From a virus: a stretch of DNA of 64,000 nucleotides. Position 1 is the stretch's first letter, and each line of letters opens with the position of its first letter. Location of the stretch: positions 1 through 64,000 of IMG/VR virus record IMGVR_UViG_3300042566_000678; one strand, written 5' to 3'. The notes under the pieces are model-generated. The model ran no database searches and had not been told where the DNA came from. It saw only the letters and a program-made list of their open reading frames with translations. Below, one piece after another: positions 56,504 to 64,000 of this stretch. The position numbers were made by a program, and so were the translations under genes.

Positions 56504-56635
56504 TAGTGCGGATGGGAGGATTCGAACCTCCAGTTACCACTTCACCGTAAATAATTACGATGGCCGGCCTTTATTTTTGTTATCTCCTTACGTTATGGAG
56601 TTCCCACATTACCATATTGTTAGCCGGTCACCCGC
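56504..56635 (-). ncRNA. tRNA-like RNA (~130 nt): acceptor stem and perfect T arm, non-canonical interior
   Basis: 5' GCGGGTG pairs with CATCCGC-A; T arm GGAGG-TTCGAAT-CCTCC; interior ~97 nt without a standard D or anticodon arm. Confidence 0.75.
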
Positions 56636-56671
56636 TTTGTAATAATGAAGGTCGTTTCCCTCATTGTTTTA

Positions 56672-56703
56672 TAAAGATACGCAAAAAATATTTAAAAGTC
56701 AAG
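56672..56703 (-). promoter_or_regulatory. variant promoter for the tRNA-like RNA
   Basis: Sense cTTGacttttaaatattttttgcgTATCTTTA (TAnnTTTA variant of the -7 box). Confidence 0.55.
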
Positions 56704-56740
56704 TCTTTTGTAAAATATTTTTCAATTATCTTTAATTTTT

Positions 56741-57034
56741 TTATTTAATATAAATGTAATTTAAAATCATAGATTGTTGTATTTGCTTATCTACAACCTG
56801 CGCTTCTAAAATATAATTACGAGCTTCGTTTTCACTACTCAATGGTTGGTTTGAAACATCTACCCAACGCTTAACAATAAATGAGGGAACTTTCTTTTTT
56901 ACTTGTGGGATATATTTTATTGTTCCCTCAATTTGTTTAATAACGATACGATACTTTTCCCTTGCCATAGTTTGGAATGGCGTTAATAATGGTAGTAATC
57001 CTACACATAATGCAATAATTTTAAACTGCTTCAT
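56741..57034 (-). CDS. small exported protein
   Basis: Signal-peptide-like N-terminus MKQFKIIALCVGLLPLL; KYRIV..YIPQVK..W. Confidence 0.6.
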   Translation of the reverse strand: MKQFKIIALCVGLLPLLTPFQTMAREKYRIVIKQIEGTIKYIPQVKKKVPSFIVKRWVDVSNQPLSSENEARNYILEAQVVDKQIQQSMILNYIYIK

Positions 57035-57052
57035 TTTTTTAAGTTTTAAGTT

Positions 57053-57691
57053 TTAATTAAGTTTTAATAATCCTCCTATACCGATATAAGGGTTTGGTCT
57101 CATTGTACCTTCATGCACATTACCACCAATTTGAAATTGAATTAAATTATCATTTAAAGATTTACGAACAACTGATATTCCAAATGATTGGAAAGGTTGC
57201 GAAAAATTTGTAGTGATATGTGGTCCCATATACCATTGTACTGTTTTTGGACGATAAATCTCTACAATCTTTTCTTTAACTTGTGGTTTTACATCCGCTA
57301 CCCATTTTCTACTAACCAAACGATTGTGTGAAATCGTATCAGTAATTTGAATCCTACCCACACCATCTTCCAATGTAATGGTTTCATTATGTACATTCTT
57401 TGGATAGTATTGTTGTAAGATTGCCGTAGTATCTAACGCAGTCGCCTTTGTTGGAATTTCTACTAATTTGTATTCAATCTTTGGAACTTTTACAATTTTT
57501 GTTTTTGTAATTGTTCGTGTCTTTGGTACAACTTTGGTTTGTGTTACATTGATTGGTTGGATTATATTGTACGTCTGTGTACCTATAATCTTACCATCTT
57601 TGTATGATTTAACACGCAATACTTTTGCGGTTTGTGCAGTTGCTAACATAGAAGATAGCATCAAAGCACTCATTACTAATAGTTTTTTCAT
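57053..57691 (-). CDS. secreted paralog of 12272-12931
   Basis: Signal peptide MKKLLVMSALMLSSMLATA-Q; shared L....G.I..TDT...N....RKW and C-terminal PYIG.G. Confidence 0.65.
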   Translation of the reverse strand: MKKLLVMSALMLSSMLATAQTAKVLRVKSYKDGKIIGTQTYNIIQPINVTQTKVVPKTRTITKTKIVKVPKIEYKLVEIPTKATALDTTAILQQYYPKNVHNETITLEDGVGRIQITDTISHNRLVSRKWVADVKPQVKEKIVEIYRPKTVQWYMGPHITTNFSQPFQSFGISVVRKSLNDNLIQFQIGGNVHEGTMRPNPYIGIGGLLKLN

Positions 57692-57706
57692 TTTTATTTT
57701 ATTTAA

Positions 57707-58366
57707 TTATCTGTAATTCTCTACAATCTCGTGATGGTCATTTGGCATCATACTTTTAATAGGCTGGTTCTTCATAATAGTTAAAACCTCTTTCATATCA
57801 ATTGGCTCTAATCCATTCCCATCTACACCTACATCCATCATCTTACCTGGTCCAATCCTACGATGTTTAGGTAAGTGAACGTGTCCATGTAAATGTATAA
57901 CACCTCTTGCTAAATTATCCCAACTTGCAATTGGAAAGTGCATTAACATAAACTTTGCTTCATCTTGCGTTGGTGTCCCAACATTCCACTTTACAATCAA
58001 ATCTAACATATTATGTACGGAAGAAAATATTTCTTGTACATCATCTTTGTTTCTAGCAATGTGTTGGTCGTGGTTTCCTAAAATAAGGTGAATGTTTTTA
58101 CAGACCAATCTATCTCTAAACTGACGGATACTTTCAAACCCACCAAAACTCCAATCACCCAAATGAAACAAAATATCATCTTGCCCAACGGATGCGTTTA
58201 TACCTTCGACTAACCTATCATTCATCGTATCTAATGAATTGAATATACGAAAATTATTACCACTTCCCTTATTCCAAGTAGTAGTGGCAGAGCAGATGTT
58301 TGCATGGTTAAAGTGAGTATCACTAGTAAACCATAATCTTTGTCCTTTATTTAATGTAATTTTCAT
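57707..58366 (-). CDS. calcineurin-like metallophosphoesterase
   Basis: FTSDTHFNH, HLGDW, LGNHD, HFP, HGHVH, DVGVD. Confidence 0.92.
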   Translation of the reverse strand: MKITLNKGQRLWFTSDTHFNHANICSATTTWNKGSGNNFRIFNSLDTMNDRLVEGINASVGQDDILFHLGDWSFGGFESIRQFRDRLVCKNIHLILGNHDQHIARNKDDVQEIFSSVHNMLDLIVKWNVGTPTQDEAKFMLMHFPIASWDNLARGVIHLHGHVHLPKHRRIGPGKMMDVGVDGNGLEPIDMKEVLTIMKNQPIKSMMPNDHHEIVENYR

Positions 58367-58370
58367 ATAT

Positions 58371-58404
58371 CAAAGGTAAGTAAAAAAATCCACAATTCCT
58401 AATT
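58371..58404 (-). promoter_or_regulatory. Bacteroidota-type promoter, copy 1 of a 34-nt duplicate
   Basis: Sense aattaggaattgtggatttttttactTACCTTTG, 4 nt before the ATG. Confidence 0.8.
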
Positions 58405-58406
58405 TT

Positions 58407-58847
58407 TTAATCGAAAAATTCTACAATAATTCCGGCTTCTTTAAACATTTGATTGGAGCGTTCTGCTGACTCTTGCCACTTTGGACTCATTGCACCTTTA
58501 CCACTCCGTAGTACAATCTTCTCTACACCTGCTGATATAATTGCTCTTGCACAATCTGCACAACTAATACCACACGTCATATACATAGTAGTACCCAATG
58601 TGGATACACCGATACGAGCTGCGTTGTAAATACAATTTCGCTCTGCGTGTTCAAACCAAAAGTATTTCTCCGGCTTCTCTTGTCTTTCTACAACATCATC
58701 GTTTATACCACGAGGAAATGAGTTATAGCCGGTAGATACAATTTCATTGTTCTTACCAACTAACACCACACCAATCTTTGTATTATTATCTTTTGATTTC
58801 AACTTAACCTGTTCGGCGATGTTGATAAAGTATTCATCCCAATTCAT
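58407..58847 (-). CDS. dCMP deaminase
   Basis: WDEYF..A..V...SKD..TKIG, TGYN, HAERN, CADCA. Confidence 0.92.
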   Translation of the reverse strand: MNWDEYFINIAEQVKLKSKDNNTKIGVVLVGKNNEIVSTGYNSFPRGINDDVVERQEKPEKYFWFEHAERNCIYNAARIGVSTLGTTMYMTCGISCADCARAIISAGVEKIVLRSGKGAMSPKWQESAERSNQMFKEAGIIVEFFD

Positions 58848-59221
58848 TATCCTATAACTCTGTTTATATAACTTCTTAAAAATAAATAAAGTAAATCGTA
58901 GTGTCTAATTACTTCCATAGGAATAACTGTATCTTTTAATATGTTATACGATGGTTTACTATTTTCCCACAACTTTACATCCAATTTACACACATCTCTA
59001 TATCTACCCAGTTCATCTGGGTAATTTAGTATCTCTCTATTTAAATTAAAGCAACCATTATAAGTTGTATTATTTGTATTGTTTGTATAATCAAACGGAA
59101 TGGAATATACATCATCAAATGTAGATAGATTAAACATCTTAAACTCAAACAACTCGCTATTACTACCAAACTGACTTTTATCAATCAGTTTATCAATCTT
59201 ATCTATGTTTATTCTTTTCAT
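58847..59221 (-). CDS. hypothetical protein, possible distant MLTI-family member
   Basis: Similar layout: I.kidkl..., YSI.F, FNLNR, C-terminal amphipathic helix. Confidence 0.5.
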   Translation of the reverse strand: MKRINIDKIDKLIDKSQFGSNSELFEFKMFNLSTFDDVYSIPFDYTNNTNNTTYNGCFNLNREILNYPDELGRYRDVCKLDVKLWENSKPSYNILKDTVIPMEVIRHYDLLYLFLRSYINRVIG

Positions 59222-59258
59222 ATGTTTAACTATTAAATTGTAATATACAACAAATATT

Positions 59259-59474
59259 TTACTTTTCCAAATTTTTCACACCATATTTTATGTATTTATA
59301 CCAAAATCTTTCGTGAAGAAAATAGATGAATGGTTTTAATACCAACTCACCCAAACTAAATGCTACTCCTATACGGACATCGCCACTCAAATACCACATA
59401 GTTAAGAAGCCAATAGAACTACTGATTATTCTGTAACTAATTGTTTTTAATATATGTCTTTTTACATCTATCAT
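59259..59474 (-). CDS. DUF2061-like membrane protein
   Basis: RHILKTISYRI...E...K..IYFLHERFW. Confidence 0.85.
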   Translation of the reverse strand: MIDVKRHILKTISYRIISSSIGFLTMWYLSGDVRIGVAFSLGELVLKPFIYFLHERFWYKYIKYGVKNLEK

Positions 59475-59492
59475 TATATAACTAGATTAGCT

Positions 59493-60566
59493 TTACTCAT
59501 CATTGTTTCTAAATGGCTTCTCATACTTTGGTTTAATCATACTCCATATAATATGGTCATATGGTTGTTTATCCCACATCTTAAACATTACCGCAGATAA
59601 TTCTTTTGGAAATTGCTTAACATATTCTGCGAACTCCTTTTTAGTTGGTTCTACCTCCTTATCATTATACTTACCATAACGGAAACTATCGTGATATTTA
59701 CCTGCTCTCTCATCTATTGAGTGAAAACTATATCGTAAGTTCATAGCAGTTCGCTTAACCCAATCATCAAACTCATCGGGTACTCTTTCCAAAAATGGTC
59801 CTAAATCTTCTCCGTTTTTTAATAACTCCCATATATCTTTGGTAGAAAAGTTGGTAAGTATTCTGTGTAATCTCACATACTCATCTCCTTTAATCTTCAT
59901 ACGCATACCACCTGAAAAACGAATTACATATCCTTCGTTATCCTTTGAGATTTCTTTTTTAAGAGTTTTCCAATCTTCTCCCCAAGTCTTATACATCTTA
60001 ACAACTTCCCATCCACTCATCGCCTCAATCTTAACCTCTTCACCCGTTTCGTTATTATATGCACCCAACAAAACTAATTTCTCATCAGTACCATAATCTA
60101 CAACGATACGATTTTCTGGATAAATGATTTCAGCCAAATAAGTGTTATTAGTATCCAACACATCTAATGGTAACTTATCCAACATCTCCTTACCTTTGAT
60201 TGATTGTTCGGACGTGAATGAACCACGAGTTGCTATCAACCACTCACCTTCGTAATGGAATATAATACCTAACGAACCATCCATCTTCTCATACACCTCA
60301 AACGATTCACTTGGGATTGGTGGTAATTTAGAACCTTCGGCAGCATGTTCTTCGTAGTTGAAGAATTTTGGGAATGGCTTGGCAATAACATTGCCTTCTA
60401 AATCTAAAACCAATCCTCTACAATTTAAAGTAATATCATCCCATATACCACTATATTGTGTGGTACGAGAATAGTTGTATATTAACAACGGGAGTGTGGG
60501 GTGTCTTTGTGCAATCACATAATCACCTTCCAAATAATCCGATATATCACTTAAATTGTATTTCAT
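59493..60566 (-). CDS. RNA ligase (T4 Rnl1-like)
   Basis: CRGLV, PFPKFFN, EKMDGS, ATRGSF, EII.P.NRIVV.Y, EGYV, KIK..EY. Confidence 0.92.
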   Translation of the reverse strand: MKYNLSDISDYLEGDYVIAQRHPTLPLLIYNYSRTTQYSGIWDDITLNCRGLVLDLEGNVIAKPFPKFFNYEEHAAEGSKLPPIPSESFEVYEKMDGSLGIIFHYEGEWLIATRGSFTSEQSIKGKEMLDKLPLDVLDTNNTYLAEIIYPENRIVVDYGTDEKLVLLGAYNNETGEEVKIEAMSGWEVVKMYKTWGEDWKTLKKEISKDNEGYVIRFSGGMRMKIKGDEYVRLHRILTNFSTKDIWELLKNGEDLGPFLERVPDEFDDWVKRTAMNLRYSFHSIDERAGKYHDSFRYGKYNDKEVEPTKKEFAEYVKQFPKELSAVMFKMWDKQPYDHIIWSMIKPKYEKPFRNNDE

Positions 60567-60946
60567 AATTTTATACTGAAACGATTTCGCATGTTTCCTA
60601 ATGTTGCATCTGGTACGTTGTGGATACTCTCACCATTGTGTCGGTTCTCTATAATCACCGATGTTACTTTGTATCCATATGTTTTGGCTAACTCATAGTA
60701 ATCTTCCATTTCCCACTCTTGTGTAAAAGTGTTGGATACAATTACTTTTGGTTTCTCTCTTTCCATATAGGATTGACATTGTTCTTTACACCAACGATGG
60801 GCTTCTTTGATTTTATTTATATCAAACTTATACTCACCACCTACCATAAAGTACATATCCGCCTCACAACGGAAACCACCAATCAAATCTGCGAATGTAG
60901 ATTTACCACTACCCGGCAATCCCCTTACTAATATCAGTTCCTTCAT
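60563..60946 (-). CDS. P-loop polynucleotide kinase-like protein (AAA_33)
   Basis: LILVRGLPGSGKST, EAD.YF, AH.WC, VSNT, HNVP; start moved to ATG 60946. Confidence 0.88.
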   Translation of the reverse strand: MKELILVRGLPGSGKSTFADLIGGFRCEADMYFMVGGEYKFDINKIKEAHRWCKEQCQSYMEREKPKVIVSNTFTQEWEMEDYYELAKTYGYKVTSVIIENRHNGESIHNVPDATLGNMRNRFSIKL

Positions 60947-61133
60947 TTGTTTTTTTAATTTCTTTCTTATGTTTAACAATTGCTTCACTCAACTCTTCCT
61001 TACTCATCTCCAAATAATTTGGAATACCTTTCTTCTTTGCGATAAACTGCAACTCATGCAAAAACAATTTGCCTGATTGTATAAATGATTTAGCGGGAGC
61101 TTCATCGTACTGAAATTCATTTGGATGTGTCAT
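60909..61133 (-). CDS. Rho N-terminal-domain-like nucleic-acid-binding protein
   Basis: LHELQFIAKKKGIPNYLEMSKEELSEAI; start moved to ATG 61133, downstream of the promoter. Confidence 0.75.
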   Translation of the reverse strand: MTHPNEFQYDEAPAKSFIQSGKLFLHELQFIAKKKGIPNYLEMSKEELSEAIVKHKKEIKKTNEGTDISKGIAG

Positions 61134-61155
61134 ATGTGTTTGTTTTAGTGAATAA

Positions 61156-61189
61156 CAAAGGTAAGTAAAAAAATCCACATTTCCTAATT
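61156..61189 (-). promoter_or_regulatory. Bacteroidota-type promoter, copy 2 (33/34 nt identical to 58371-58404)
   Basis: Sense aattaggaaatgtggatttttttactTACCTTTG. Confidence 0.8.
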
Positions 61190-61190
61190 A

Positions 61191-61550
61191 TTAGTAATTT
61201 ATTTTATAACGAGGATGGGGTACTACAAATTGTTCTATAATATCACCGATACGAAGCATGAAATCACCAGCTGGTTTTCTCAACCAATTACGAGTAACCC
61301 AATGTTCGTATATGATATAGGAGTTTTTATTTAAGAATTGGAGTTTATAGGTCTTATCACCAAGCATCTCTTCATCATATCCTTTTCTATGTAATCTTAT
61401 TTTTAAAAATTGTTTACCTTTATCCTTATCTAAATATATGGAATAATAATCTTCTACTAAATCACTAGCATCAATTATTTCCCAACCATTAAAATCAGCG
61501 TTCTCACTAATTTCAGCCAATCTATCCATAAAGTTTTGTATGGTTAGCAT
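61191..61550 (-). CDS. MLTI-family paralog
   Basis: Starts MLTIQNF. Confidence 0.7.
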   Translation of the reverse strand: MLTIQNFMDRLAEISENADFNGWEIIDASDLVEDYYSIYLDKDKGKQFLKIRLHRKGYDEEMLGDKTYKLQFLNKNSYIIYEHWVTRNWLRKPAGDFMLRIGDIIEQFVVPHPRYKINY

Positions 61551-61813
61551 TATAGTAATTGGATTCCTTTTAATAACTCCGTAACTCCTTCTTCATTCAA
61601 ATATCCATGCACATCACCTTCGGCAACTGCATTATCATAATGTAATTCACCATCCGTATCCAACACTGCCAACTCATACAAACCATCCTTACCTCCGTAT
61701 GAATATTTATGACGTATCACACTTGCACCAAATCCGTTCTCAAACATAGTGCGAGAGTATATACCGCTCCCATCGGGTAACTCCTTAAACTCTAAATCTT
61801 TAAATTCTTTCAT
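61550..61813 (-). CDS. conserved phage hypothetical protein
   Basis: FENGFGASVI....SYGG..GLYELAVL motif. Confidence 0.75.
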   Translation of the reverse strand: MKEFKDLEFKELPDGSGIYSRTMFENGFGASVIRHKYSYGGKDGLYELAVLDTDGELHYDNAVAEGDVHGYLNEEGVTELLKGIQLL

Positions 61814-61935
61814 AATGTGTGTTTGTTGTTTTTAATTCTAAATATAATTTCTCTAATCAGCCAGCCGGGAAATACAATCATCCATATCAATACGATAGAT
61901 GATAGTAATAGTAAATTGTTAAAAAAATGTTTCAT
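61810..61935 (-). CDS. 41-aa single-TM protein (not in ORF track)
   Basis: MKHFFNNLLLLSSIVLIWMIVFPGWLIREIIFRIKNNKHTL; its stop overlaps the next ATG (ATGA). Confidence 0.55.
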   Translation of the reverse strand: MKHFFNNLLLLSSIVLIWMIVFPGWLIREIIFRIKNNKHTL

Positions 61936-61960
61936 AGTCGGTTTACGATTTTTTGATAGT

Positions 61961-62302
61961 TTAGTTATTCTGTAATTGGTAATCTAATGTATCTACTACG
62001 GATTGGATAAACGAATCTCTATCCTTTAATCCATTGGCACTTATCCCACCACTATCAAACTTCTTTTGATTTAAATAAATTATATACCTATATTGGTTCT
62101 TATAATCCTTATCAAACTCCCTACCAATAAGTATCTTACCTATGTTATTGCCTCCCAACTCAAATCCAATTGAATAGTATTCAGGTTCTAAAATGGTCAA
62201 ATCGGCATCATCGTATAAATGGACACCTTCGCTTACAAGATTAATCATCCACCCATTACAACGTATCCCTTCTAATGACCTAAAGTTTTTAATTGTTAGC
62301 AT
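61961..62302 (-). CDS. MLTI-family paralog
   Basis: Starts MLTIKNF. Confidence 0.7.
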   Translation of the reverse strand: MLTIKNFRSLEGIRCNGWMINLVSEGVHLYDDADLTILEPEYYSIGFELGGNNIGKILIGREFDKDYKNQYRYIIYLNQKKFDSGGISANGLKDRDSFIQSVVDTLDYQLQNN

Positions 62303-62303
62303 G

Positions 62304-62627
62304 TTATGTATGTTTATTAACTTGTTTATTAACTATTTTGCATAGAAATTCAATCATCATATTCATATCTTTAATGTAATCGGCATCTACACAAAATCCG
62401 ATTTTTTTATTTTCGTAATAAAAGAAGTATCTCCATTCACCATTACCCAATGATTCTAATCTTCTACTCAAATGAAATTCTTTTGTATCAATAATAGGTG
62501 AATATGCAGGATTCTTTAAATGTATTGCATATGTATCCGCTTTCTCTATGCAAAATTCTACTCCCCACCCTCCGGTAAAATCTAAAAACCTTCCTTCTAA
62601 TTTAGTGTAGTTTTGTATTGTTAGCAT
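62304..62627 (-). CDS. MLTI-family paralog
   Basis: Starts MLTIQNY; C-terminal DYIKDMN. Confidence 0.7.
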   Translation of the reverse strand: MLTIQNYTKLEGRFLDFTGGWGVEFCIEKADTYAIHLKNPAYSPIIDTKEFHLSRRLESLGNGEWRYFFYYENKKIGFCVDADYIKDMNMMIEFLCKIVNKQVNKHT

Positions 62628-62630
62628 ATC

Positions 62631-63107
62631 TTATTTTTTAATAACAAACCACTCCGTACTACCCCAATTACCACTATACCTATTATGGTATCTATTTCCA
62701 TCACGCCTCATTTCATCAAAATACCTAAACATTTTATTTTTGCTCAAAATCATTTTTTTAGTCCAACCATTAAAAATATCATTACCATATACTCGTTTAA
62801 GTAGTTTAGTAGTATCATCAAACTTTTTTGGAAATGGGAACTCATCATTAACTACATACCTATTCTTAAATGAATACCCACATATACCTTTTATGGACAA
62901 AACACATTTTTCTTCTTCTATTAGCATATCCGTAATAGATGCGTTTTTATCAAATAACTTAAAACTGACTATCTCCAAATTTTTGTAGTTGGGAAATTGC
63001 TTTAATCTTTTGTAAACGTTATAAGAATACCCAATTTTACATAGTTCGTATTTAGGAAACATTGAACCAAACTTTTTATCTCTAATATAATAAACACCAG
63101 TACTCAT
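62631..63107 (-). CDS. GIY-YIG superfamily (T5orf172/MUG113-like) putative nuclease
   Basis: GVYYI..KIGYS.N..KRLKQ..EE..and terminal TEWF. Confidence 0.7.
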   Translation of the reverse strand: MSTGVYYIRDKKFGSMFPKYELCKIGYSYNVYKRLKQFPNYKNLEIVSFKLFDKNASITDMLIEEEKCVLSIKGICGYSFKNRYVVNDEFPFPKKFDDTTKLLKRVYGNDIFNGWTKKMILSKNKMFRYFDEMRRDGNRYHNRYSGNWGSTEWFVIKK

Positions 63108-63136
63108 ATCTTATTGTAGTTTTCTATGGTTAGCAT
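63104..63136 (-). pseudogene. truncated MLTI-family head (MLTIENYNKI-stop)
   Basis: ATGCTAACCATAGAAAACTACAATAAGATATGA; its TGA overlaps the nuclease ATG. Confidence 0.75.
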
Positions 63137-63462
63137 AATTTTGGTAAAAGTCTAGATGAAATCCATTCTAATAAATGAATAGGGTCTTTTAAGTATTGAC
63201 AATGAATCCTATATCTTCTATTTGTTAATGATAGGCAATCTATTTGGTACTCAAATCCATTATCCATTAGCTGTCTCCATACCCATATATACTCAACCTT
63301 TTTTATGTTATATACTCTATTACCTTCATCTGGCATCAACGAAAGTTTATAGAACTCTGGTTGCTCATCTATGGATGCAACTATCCATTTGGTTATTCCA
63401 CCCGGTGAAAACGATTGGGTTTCCATACCCCTTATCTTATCGTAGTTTTTTATGGTTAGCAT
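63130..63462 (-). CDS. MLTI-family paralog
   Basis: Starts MLTIKNYDKI. Confidence 0.7.
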   Translation of the reverse strand: MLTIKNYDKIRGMETQSFSPGGITKWIVASIDEQPEFYKLSLMPDEGNRVYNIKKVEYIWVWRQLMDNGFEYQIDCLSLTNRRYRIHCQYLKDPIHLLEWISSRLLPKLC

Positions 63463-63463
63463 A

Positions 63464-63808
63464 TTACTTATATTCTTCCATAGTTTTAAGCATAAGTGAA
63501 TAGAAATCCACTTTCTTTTTTAGTAGGATTCTTCCAACTTTAGTTTCAACTACAAACCCATCTCTATTTGTACCCGGCGTTGCCAGTTTAGTATCGTAAA
63601 GTCGTAAACGATATATGGATTGTTGGTAACTCGCCGGTACTCTATCCAAAAGAAACTTAAAACGTCGGGGTATCCCATAGGCATTCCAATAGAATGAATA
63701 ATACTCTCCATCACCATTTGGTTTTACAGAAGATAACCCGCCATCGCATAATGTGTACTCACCTATGGTCAGACCTATATCTTTTCTTACGTTTTGTATT
63801 GTTAGCAT
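63464..63808 (-). CDS. MLTI-family paralog
   Basis: Starts MLTIQNV. Confidence 0.7.
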   Translation of the reverse strand: MLTIQNVRKDIGLTIGEYTLCDGGLSSVKPNGDGEYYSFYWNAYGIPRRFKFLLDRVPASYQQSIYRLRLYDTKLATPGTNRDGFVVETKVGRILLKKKVDFYSLMLKTMEEYK

Positions 63809-63809
63809 A

Positions 63810-64000
63810 TTAAAAATGAAAAGTAAATTTGTCTAATGCTTTTAGTAGATTGTTCATATCTGCTATATAATCTATGGTTACACTTTGGTTGGTAGCTTTG
63901 CGAGATTCATCGTAGAATCTATATACAAACCTATCACCAATGTGTAAGGTCTTCTTTCTTTGTAGATAAACCTTTATAGATGATAAATGTTTGTGTTCTA
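63810..64000 (-). CDS. probable further MLTI-family paralog, 3' part only
   Basis: Manual translation ..VYLQRK..YRFYDE..VTIDYIADMNNLLKALDKFTFHF; DYI.DMN is shared with 62304-62627. Confidence 0.55.
   Translation of the reverse strand, partial: EHKHLSSIKVYLQRKKTLHIGDRFVYRFYDESRKATNQSVTIDYIADMNNLLKALDKFTFHF

Noticed and set aside
56504-56635. Canonical tRNA or tmRNA
   Set aside because: No 7-nt anticodon loop on a 5-bp stem and no normal D arm; too short for tmRNA and lacks G3-U70.
462-63503. Plus-strand ORFs in the six-frame track (e.g. 462-731, 18583-19131, 36111-36626, 54512-54899)
   Set aside because: Antisense shadows of well-supported minus-strand genes or spans across terminators, with no motifs.
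61191-64000. Diversity-generating retroelement or integron behind the MLTI array
   Set aside because: No reverse transcriptase, template/variable repeat pair, integrase or attC-like palindromes in the window.
1-64000. Stop-codon recoding
   Set aside because: Conserved genes are full length in code 11, and TAG and TGA end genes normally (e.g. TerL with TAG).

Overview
A 64-kb segment of a large, AT-rich, T4-like contractile-tailed phage read in the standard genetic code, with essentially all genes on the minus strand. A Bacteroidota host is inferred from repeated TAnnTTTG (-7) promoters and a Bacteroidota-type bS21. From left to right the window holds: (1) a head module with the 5' end of the major capsid gene, an acidic scaffold, ribosomal protein bS21, a run of small modular proteins sharing an M(I)KLxxLLxE N-terminus, prohead protease, GH19 endolysin, portal and TerL; (2) a 1339-aa multi-enzyme protein, a chaperoned tail fibre, a fused Mre11-Rad50 (gp47-gp46), primase and a T7 endonuclease I-like resolvase; (3) a baseplate/tail module (gp7-like, gp6, gp25, CHAP lysin, gp5-like); (4) a gp55-like late sigma factor, peptide deformylase, a glycan cassette, UvsE, Hsp20 and an HD protein; (5) an accessory region with a ~130-nt tRNA-like RNA lacking a normal anticodon arm, RNA-repair genes and a tandem MLTI(Q/K)N paralog array. 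The main leads are a candidate tag-and-cleave system for loading cargo into the head, the MLTI cassette array with a truncated stub and an inserted nuclease, the tRNA mimic, an [ST]-[GA]-S motif enriched in tail proteins (possible glycosylation sequon) and a bS21 variant that may free the host anti-Shine-Dalgarno. Family names come from motif recognition by eye, not from database searches, and motif counts are manual.
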